A stretch of 64,000 nucleotides of DNA, taken from the NCBI GenBank assembly GCA_040753015.1, contig JBFMHM010000007.1, forward strand, positions 2,076 to 66,075, written 5' to 3'. The translations under genes and the position numbers were made by a program. The number at the start of each line of letters is the position of its first letter. Position 1 is the stretch's first letter. The stretch is from Candidatus Omnitrophota bacterium (lineage in GTDB: Bacteria; Omnitrophota; Gorgyraeia; Gygaellales; JBFMHM01). The notes beneath the pieces are model-generated. The model was not told the DNA's origin. It made no database searches and saw only the letters and a list, made by a program, of their open reading frames with translations. Of the stretch, positions 20,017 through 27,359 are shown piece by piece.

Positions 20017-20177
20017 TAATCTGCGTAATGTAGCGTGATGAGCACCTTGAGCAACAGCTAATTCTTCGATATTTGTAATTCCTTGAAGTTGGTATTTTTT
20101 AGGAAGGGCTTTATGTGTTAAGTCGGGATAACTAATATTCCAATGATGTTCATTGGCAAGCTCACTAATCGCATTGG

Positions 20178-23100
20178 TTAATTCGGGTGATCGATCTTGG
20201 GGGTTATTTTTTTTGCCTCTAATTCATCGCAGAGTGTTTTGCCTGGCATACTTGTTGAAGAAATTGTAGCAAGATCTTGTAATACTAAAAGGCGTTCTTT
20301 GACTTCATGATAAAGAACTTCTTTTAATTTTGGTGGGGCTCTAAGATGGTTAACATTAAGATAAATCTGCCTGCGGCCTAAAGCATAGTGATCATCTCCA
20401 TTATAAAAAATAATGTCTGTATCTTTAAGTGCCTGCCCTAACCCTAGCTCATCGATTGTATCTTGTAGAAGTTTTAACTGCTCTTGTGATAATTGTATAT
20501 CTTGTTCTCTTATACTAATTACCTCACCTTGCTTGCGTGTTTTTCCGTCTGATTCAATAGTTGCATCTAATTTAAAATCAACTTGGCAAGTTTTGCCACT
20601 TTGCGCATCATACCTTGCCGCTGCAATTTCATTTTCTACGATTGCCTTTTGTATACCAGGTGTATAATCCACGTTCCTGCCATGCCTAAATCCTCGGTGA
20701 TCAGACATTGAGCTACCAGGATTCATAGCTAAAAGCTGTTGAGCAGTTGTGACAACATCTATATTATCACTTCTTATTTTCACCAACTTTGCACTTCTTG
20801 GGTCATCGGTAAAAACAATTCGCCCATCATAAAAATACAACTCACCAGTTAATGGACACACTAAAATCCCTACACCAGTTGGGAAGTGACTATTGGATAG
20901 TCCAACATCCAAACCAGAATATTTTCCTACCCAATAATTACTTAGTGTCTTAGGATGAATATGCCACCACCCAATGGTAATTAATTGAGGTAAAGAATGA
21001 CCGCGCTGATCATTTAACTTATTTCGAAAAGAAGTTGCAGTCGATAAATAATCCATACTAAAAACAAGGCTTCCCGGGCCACGCGTTAATCCTTCATCGA
21101 CTGAATAAATATTTGTAATTACTAAAATATCACCATCACGATAGCCAAACAACAAGCCACCATATTCATTAACATCATTATTATGCGGGTCATTTAGAAG
21201 TTCCTGGCGAAGCCTATTATCAAATCGAACAGTCCGAATACCATCTAACCCTGACAAAGGATTAGTAAGTTCAAAATCTAATAATTCTCCATCATCACTT
21301 GAAGGTGGAAGCAAAAAATCCCCGCGGGGAGATTGATGGGCTGGCTGTGTAGGGTGAACTGCTGATAATTCTGCAGTAGGTGCAGGCATTGCTGGCGGAG
21401 GCAAAGGTTGAGATGCTGGGGGTTGTGCAACTGGCTTGGTCATAATTGCATCAGTTAATTTAGCTACAAGGCTTGTATGATCACTAAAAATATCCGCGGG
21501 TGTAATTTTTCCGCTTATTGATGCATCCTTTAAGATATCCTTTACAAAACCTCTAACCATTAAATATGTAAAAATCCTTTGGTCAAGCGGATAAAACCCC
21601 GGCCAAACAAAATTAAAAAATAAATGTCTCTCAGAAGTATACCGACGACCACCAACATGTCTAGTGCCTCCCTCATAAGCCGATTTTGTTTCTACACAAA
21701 CATCGTTTAGAATAAGCTGCGGTACAATTTTTGGCTGAGCCGCCAATACAGATTGTAATCGCGATAATAAATCCTTTAGCTCTACGTCAATTGTTTCTGC
21801 ATTTAAGCCGCGTACCCTCGCGATAACTTCTTCTGCAAAAGAAAGCGCTTCTTTGTAATCTAACTGGTGTAAGTACCGCATATCGGTAGTAACACCTAAA
21901 ATATCTGTAACAAGCTCTCTAGAAACATCAACGCCTGCGCCAACGAAAAACGCAGTCATTATCGAGCCTTGTTTTACAAGTACTTCGTTTGCAATTTTTG
22001 TTCCTAATCTCCAAATTAAATTAGAAGAATCATCGGAATCTATTTCAATTACAGAACCTAATTCTTCTGGCCCTACAACAATAGAAACTCTTCTTATCCC
22101 ATTTAACATTATTTTAAGACTTGCTATTTTATCTTCTATTCTTCTAGCCCAATCACTCCAATCACTAGTATCAGTACTCATGACTAACCCAGGTCGTAGT
22201 TGAGCAACCGCTGTCCTAAGCCGTTGGCTTTCAGCCTGTTTTCTTTTAGCGCGTTCTTCAGGTGTTATAGATAATTTTTCTATAATATCATCTAACATAC
22301 GCTTTACTGGCCTATTCTGACTAGCATCAAATGATCCTGGAAGTATTACAGTAATTCCCGTCATTTTTCTAATTGCTGCTTCAACCCTCTGTAAAAGTTC
22401 ATTGTAGTCGGAATCCGTATCATGAGAATAATCTGGTTCATTCAAATGACGAAGGTCGTGGCGGAAGATGTCTTCTAGAAGTTTTGAATCATGATTTAAA
22501 AGATATTTTAGGAATGCTTCTGTAAGCCAAATTCTTCTGCGTTCTTGGCTAAAGATACCGCCAGCTACTGTTGCACCTGCATGGGTATAGGCAAAAGATG
22601 CACTATCTTGAGGTTGATAAAGCACAGGGCCCCTGCGATCAAGGCCAATACGAAAACCATTAATTTCTCCCTGAGGCAGGCTAGCCCATATTCTAACAAG
22701 TTCTCTTTGCTCTCCCTCTGTAAGATTTACTGCTTCTTGCCTAGTTAATTCACGAAGATTATCAACTGCATTATTTGGCATATTCCTTTGCACAATTCGT
22801 CCATCCTCAAAGCTCAACTCTACTACCGCGCTTGGGCCAACTGCAATTGCTGCTCTAAGATGCGGATTCACCTCTCTATTATTATCCGCATTGCCGATGT
22901 TAACAATATCACTTCTCGGCAATCGCCCCACCTCACTAACTGTTGCAGTCCGCTGGACAGAAAGCTCTCCAGTTTGCGCAAAAAGCATACCACCACTTGT
23001 GTAAGTTCTTTTAATTTTACGATTTAATTCTTTTTGATCTTGGGTATCTATAAGTTTATATTCGCCTTTTGTTGAGTTTAGGTAAGATTTATAAATTTGC

Positions 23101-24137
23101 TCTGGTTTAAATTTAAGATTATTGGTTTTTTGATAAGAATTTATTAATTGTTTTAACTTTTCGTTTTTCTCTTTACTCTTTACGCTTTTTTTGTACCACT
23201 GGGCGAGAATGAGTGCTTGATAAATTTGTCTAAGTGGTTCATAGGCTTTGTCTTGGTTTACTCGTTGAGTTAGTTCTGGGAGTATCAGTTGTTTTAGTTG
23301 AGATTCACAATATTCCTGTAGTTCTTCAGTTCGTTTGTCATTAGAAATTGGGATTTGGGATTTCTCAAGGTATTCGCTTTCTAGAAGCACCTTGAGCGTT
23401 GCTTTAACTATTGTAATTGAATCTTTAGTTTCGTAGACTTTAGCTTCATCAGGAACTATCCAGACGCGGAAGGTGGTAGGAATAGATACAGTTCGACTGT
23501 TCGTCAGTTCTTCGGTTCTTAGGTTTTGATTTTCATTTTGATTTTTGGTTTGTATATTTGATATTTGATATTTGATTTTTGATTTTTCTAAAGCTTTAGC
23601 CTTAGAAAACACTCTTTCCCAATAGGTTTTAGCATTTTTACCATAACCGGGTAATAATTCAAAGGCTGTGTCTTTCTTTAGTTTTAGGTCTAATACTAAA
23701 AGCGCTTTACCTAGGTCAGTGTCAGCAATTGAGTTACCGATGATTCTGCTTGGATCGTTTGGATTTAGGTTAACCCAAAGGTCTTTGTAGTCTATAGATA
23801 GGCTAGTAAAGAAATAATCTAGAAGCTCTTTACTTTTAAGCTTCTTCTGTTGTTCTGATATGTTGCGAGGAAGAAAGTTGAAATTAAAATTAAACCCAGA
23901 ATTTAGAGAAAGCGAAACGAATGTTGCATTTGGTTCGGGGACTTTAAGGCTAACAGCTTGGCCAAAGCTAATACTCTGGCAAAGAAATGTAAATGCCAAA
24001 AATAGACAAAAAATCCTTCTTGTAAGACTTATTTTATTCATTATAAATTTTTTGAAAAAGTGGACAAAAAATAACCCCTCACATATGCTTGGGGGTCGCC
24101 AGACTTCGTCGAACTCTGACGAGATATGTTTATTCAT
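20178..24137 (-). CDS. Giant secreted protein, function unknown, with a JAB/MPN (JAMM-like) domain near the C-terminus and a C-terminal 'YHEV' module. Annotated as 1319 aa from the track's first Met; the probable true start at the internal Met (24041) gives about 1287 aa with a signal peptide.
   Basis: An internal Met at about 24041 begins a classic signal peptide, 'MNKISLTRRIFCLFLAFTFLCQSISFGQA'. An MPN core 'EYGGLLFGYRDGDILV...GWWHIHP...YSGLD' lies at about 20880-21180. There is a low-complexity NQNENQN stretch at about 23530-23600. Confidence 0.85.
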   Translation of the reverse strand: MNKHISSEFDEVWRPPSICEGLFFVHFFKKFIMNKISLTRRIFCLFLAFTFLCQSISFGQAVSLKVPEPNATFVSLSLNSGFNFNFNFLPRNISEQQKKLKSKELLDYFFTSLSIDYKDLWVNLNPNDPSRIIGNSIADTDLGKALLVLDLKLKKDTAFELLPGYGKNAKTYWERVFSKAKALEKSKIKYQISNIQTKNQNENQNLRTEELTNSRTVSIPTTFRVWIVPDEAKVYETKDSITIVKATLKVLLESEYLEKSQIPISNDKRTEELQEYCESQLKQLILPELTQRVNQDKAYEPLRQIYQALILAQWYKKSVKSKEKNEKLKQLINSYQKTNNLKFKPEQIYKSYLNSTKGEYKLIDTQDQKELNRKIKRTYTSGGMLFAQTGELSVQRTATVSEVGRLPRSDIVNIGNADNNREVNPHLRAAIAVGPSAVVELSFEDGRIVQRNMPNNAVDNLRELTRQEAVNLTEGEQRELVRIWASLPQGEINGFRIGLDRRGPVLYQPQDSASFAYTHAGATVAGGIFSQERRRIWLTEAFLKYLLNHDSKLLEDIFRHDLRHLNEPDYSHDTDSDYNELLQRVEAAIRKMTGITVILPGSFDASQNRPVKRMLDDIIEKLSITPEERAKRKQAESQRLRTAVAQLRPGLVMSTDTSDWSDWARRIEDKIASLKIMLNGIRRVSIVVGPEELGSVIEIDSDDSSNLIWRLGTKIANEVLVKQGSIMTAFFVGAGVDVSRELVTDILGVTTDMRYLHQLDYKEALSFAEEVIARVRGLNAETIDVELKDLLSRLQSVLAAQPKIVPQLILNDVCVETKSAYEGGTRHVGGRRYTSERHLFFNFVWPGFYPLDQRIFTYLMVRGFVKDILKDASISGKITPADIFSDHTSLVAKLTDAIMTKPVAQPPASQPLPPPAMPAPTAELSAVHPTQPAHQSPRGDFLLPPSSDDGELLDFELTNPLSGLDGIRTVRFDNRLRQELLNDPHNNDVNEYGGLLFGYRDGDILVITNIYSVDEGLTRGPGSLVFSMDYLSTATSFRNKLNDQRGHSLPQLITIGWWHIHPKTLSNYWVGKYSGLDVGLSNSHFPTGVGILVCPLTGELYFYDGRIVFTDDPRSAKLVKIRSDNIDVVTTAQQLLAMNPGSSMSDHRGFRHGRNVDYTPGIQKAIVENEIAAARYDAQSGKTCQVDFKLDATIESDGKTRKQGEVISIREQDIQLSQEQLKLLQDTIDELGLGQALKDTDIIFYNGDDHYALGRRQIYLNVNHLRAPPKLKEVLYHEVKERLLVLQDLATISSTSMPGKTLCDELEAKKITPKIDHPN

Positions 24138-24294
24138 ATCTTATTATATGTTAATTATACCTTATAAATAGCCTAAAAACAAGGCTCTGGAGGCTTTTTT
24201 TGAAAGCGGTTACAACCAATTAGTATTTACATCATAACTTATTATATATCAGGTAGTTAAGCAATCATTAACTACTAATATAAAACTAATAGAA

Positions 24295-25524
24295 TTAAAA
24301 TTGATAATTCGGCTTATATACAAACTGACGGCCGTGTTTAGATTTAACAAGAATTCCCTTTACGACCAAATCCTCAAGATCATGACGTGCAGTTTCATAA
24401 ACAACCTTAAACCAACCTTCATAGGCCTTAATAATTATCATCCTTTTATCACTTACGAGAAATTTTTTAAGAAATTTATCCTGGCGCTCATTAAGCAGAA
24501 TCCCTTTTTCTCTTAGCTTAACAAAAACAAACTCACGTTGATAATGTTGAGCGATTCGCTCACTAACAAGCCGCATAGACTCTAAAATTGTATCCGATAG
24601 ATACAGTAAGAAATAAGTCAAATCAGCATTGCAATCTTCTACATCTTTAATGGCCCTGTAATACTGTATTTTTGTCTTCTGAACAACCGCTGATATAGAA
24701 AAATATTTAAAAAATTCATATCCGTGTTTAATCATAAAATAATAGAACAACGCCCGTGCAGTCCGGCCATTACCATCGAAAAATGGATGAATATAAACAA
24801 AATAAAAATGGATAAAAGACGCTCTAATTATAGGATGAATAAAACGCTCATCATCTTTACTATTAACCCACTCAACTAGTTTTCTCATTGCTGGTTCAAT
24901 CTGCTCTGCCTTAGGCGGCGTATAAATTATAATATCGCGCCGCTTGTCTTTAATATAAACCATATCATCACGGAAGCGCCCAGCATAAGCTTCATCTTCA
25001 AAAAGAGTTTCTTTAGTCACAATTTTATGCAATTGCAAAATAAAATCTAAAGATAATTCTCTATGCTTCTCTTGCAAGATAAATTGCATAGCCTTATAAT
25101 TATTTAAAACCATTTGATCATTAATATCTATAGGCGATTTTTTTTCTTCTACTAATTCACGTAAACGCTTCATAGTTGAGAAAGCCCCTTCAATAACACT
25201 TGAATAAAGCGCTTCTTCTATTAACGAATCTTTCACGAGTTCATTTTCAATTTCTTTCTTAACAACCCGATATAAAGAATCTTTACCACTCGAATCTATT
25301 TCGTAAATTCTTTTCTGTAATATTGGCGTTAAAAAATACCAAAAATTTTGATTATTTTGATCTATAAACGGCAAGCCCTCTGATTTCTGTTTTCTAAACT
25401 TAATTGCCTCTTGCCAAAACTCCTCTAAAGATAATTCGTTCGGAAGCCTATAACCAATTTCTTCTTTAGATAGATAACCTTGAACAGAAAATTTATTTAT
25501 AAATTCATTTATATTAGTATTCAT
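24295..25524 (-). CDS. fic: Fic-family protein (AMPylase-type), 409 aa
   Basis: Canonical Fic motif 'HPFFDGNGRTARALF'. It sits immediately upstream, on the same strand, of the giant secreted protein. Confidence 0.85.
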   Translation of the reverse strand: MNTNINEFINKFSVQGYLSKEEIGYRLPNELSLEEFWQEAIKFRKQKSEGLPFIDQNNQNFWYFLTPILQKRIYEIDSSGKDSLYRVVKKEIENELVKDSLIEEALYSSVIEGAFSTMKRLRELVEEKKSPIDINDQMVLNNYKAMQFILQEKHRELSLDFILQLHKIVTKETLFEDEAYAGRFRDDMVYIKDKRRDIIIYTPPKAEQIEPAMRKLVEWVNSKDDERFIHPIIRASFIHFYFVYIHPFFDGNGRTARALFYYFMIKHGYEFFKYFSISAVVQKTKIQYYRAIKDVEDCNADLTYFLLYLSDTILESMRLVSERIAQHYQREFVFVKLREKGILLNERQDKFLKKFLVSDKRMIIIKAYEGWFKVVYETARHDLEDLVVKGILVKSKHGRQFVYKPNYQF

Positions 25525-25629
25525 TATATATCTCTTTTATTTACAACATGTTAATAAATTTTATATACCATTAAACTACTAATTATCTACTAATTTAATA
25601 CTAAATTATAATTATGTCAAGCTTTTTTA

Positions 25630-27012
25630 TTAAATCCTAAAATACGCACCTGGTAACTTAGAAAACCAATAAGTTGAAATAACCATTATTTGGATTAAAA
25701 ATTCACAACTCCTTGCAAATATTGAAGTTGAAAATGGCAAGATTGAGCTAATAATTAAGAAAGCGAATCCTGCGGCTGTAATCAGACTTGAAAGTGGAAC
25801 AATTATCAGATTTGCCAAAATAGTGACCGGTGAAATCATATGAAAATTATAAATAGTTATAGGCAAAATGCTAATCCAAGCTGCAAAAGATACAGAAATG
25901 CTTTGGATAAGAAATTTTGGCTTCTCTAACTTTATCTTTGCAAAAAAATCTATAATCTTTGGGCTTAAATATACAATTGCTAAAACGCAAATAAAAGAAA
26001 GCTCAAAACCAACATCAAATAGCTGGCTAGGATTTATAAAAAGAATAATCAACGCGCTTAATCCAAGAGAATTATAAATATTTAATTCTCTTTCCAATAA
26101 CAACCCGGCCAGGAAAACACAACCCATAATTGTTGCCCTTACAACTGACGGACTTGACCCAGTTAAAATACAATAAAATATAAACAATAACATTGCAATT
26201 AAATAACGTGCTTTACGTTTTATACGCAAGATTTTCAAAACGGCTAAAAATATAAATAAAATGATGCCCACATTTAACCCGCTAATTGCCAAGATATGAA
26301 CTGTACCTGTTTGAACAAAAATATCTTGTAAATCTCGTGGTAAATTTTGTCTTTTGCCTAAAATTATTGCGCTTAATAACAAATTATTCGGATAAGAGAT
26401 ATTTTGTGTAATTAAAGTATCGAGATTTTCCCGAAGTTTAAAAATTGATTTTATTATTTTATTGCCATATGATAAATGTTGTATCTGCGATGATTGCTTA
26501 ACATTAAAAGTATAATAAATATTCTGCTGGTATAGGTATTTTCTATAATCAAACTTGCCATAATTAAATACTGGTGAAAGCTTGCCTTCTAAAATTAAAT
26601 TCTCTTGGTATAAAAAATCTTCCTTATTAAAACACTTCACTAAAACTTTCCCGCTAACTTTTAGCTTAGTTTGATTAAAAATTAAATATTTTGTATCGAA
26701 GATAAATGAACTTGTCTGATTAACCTTGGGGTCAGAAATAACTTTACCCTCTGACCTAATTGCCGTTGTCTTTATGTTTAACTTGGTAAGATGATGAGCT
26801 GGTAACTTTTCGTAATTTCTTAAAAAAACTGCGCCCAAAATGAAAAACGAAATTAGCAAAAAATATGTGGATGATTTATTATTTAAGTTTTTTAGCGATA
26901 AACTAAATAGAATAATTGCTAGAAGTAATAAAAAAATAAGTGGGATACTGATAAAACTTTCAATCAATACCCCTAAACAAAAACTACATGCAAGCCAAAA
27001 CAGAAAATACAT
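25630..27012 (-). CDS. comEC: ComEC/Rec2-family DNA-uptake channel protein; competence domain only, no metallo-beta-lactamase domain (460 aa)
   Basis: Polytopic membrane protein with ComEC-like 'HILAISGLNVGII' and conserved Asp/His. It is adjacent to comEA. Confidence 0.75.
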   Translation of the reverse strand: MYFLFWLACSFCLGVLIESFISIPLIFLLLLAIILFSLSLKNLNNKSSTYFLLISFFILGAVFLRNYEKLPAHHLTKLNIKTTAIRSEGKVISDPKVNQTSSFIFDTKYLIFNQTKLKVSGKVLVKCFNKEDFLYQENLILEGKLSPVFNYGKFDYRKYLYQQNIYYTFNVKQSSQIQHLSYGNKIIKSIFKLRENLDTLITQNISYPNNLLLSAIILGKRQNLPRDLQDIFVQTGTVHILAISGLNVGIILFIFLAVLKILRIKRKARYLIAMLLFIFYCILTGSSPSVVRATIMGCVFLAGLLLERELNIYNSLGLSALIILFINPSQLFDVGFELSFICVLAIVYLSPKIIDFFAKIKLEKPKFLIQSISVSFAAWISILPITIYNFHMISPVTILANLIIVPLSSLITAAGFAFLIISSILPFSTSIFARSCEFLIQIMVISTYWFSKLPGAYFRI

Positions 27013-27359
27013 TATTCGGCGATAAGGTAGGCTTTTATTTTCTCAAATTTATTTTCGCTGATGCCCTTAATATTCTTTATCTCTTCTATACTCGTAAAAT
27101 TACCGTTAGTTTCTCTGTATTCAATAATTGCTTGAGCAGTCTTTTCGCCAATTCCAGAAATTTTAATTAAGTCGTCTTTGGTTGCTTGATTGATATTTAA
27201 TAGTTGGCCTTTTCTAATAATATGTTTTTCGATAAATTGATTAAGTTTTTCTGTTTTTTGCGGTTGGCGTTTGTAATAATAATCTAAAGTCGCACCGCAT
27301 AAGGCAATCAAACCAACAAAGATTATGATAAGTTTTTCTTGAGGGGTAAGGTTCAACAT
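27012..27359 (-). CDS. comEA: ComEA-like helix-hairpin-helix DNA-binding protein (115 aa)
   Basis: N-terminal TM anchor and a C-terminal HhH motif 'INQATKDDLIKISGIGEKTAQAII'. Confidence 0.8.
   Translation of the reverse strand: MLNLTPQEKLIIIFVGLIALCGATLDYYYKRQPQKTEKLNQFIEKHIIRKGQLLNINQATKDDLIKISGIGEKTAQAIIEYRETNGNFTSIEEIKNIKGISENKFEKIKAYLIAE

Noticed and set aside
23530-23600. Nucleotide microsatellite-like 'gatatttgatatttgatttttgattttt'
   Set aside because: It encodes a low-complexity N/Q-rich linker (NQNENQN) within the giant protein and has no independent feature.
24140-24294. Possible hairpin terminator between the Fic gene and the giant gene ('aaggctctggaggcttttttt')
   Set aside because: The arms are not actually complementary (GGCTC vs GAGGC). 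It is only an AT-rich spacer with a T-run.
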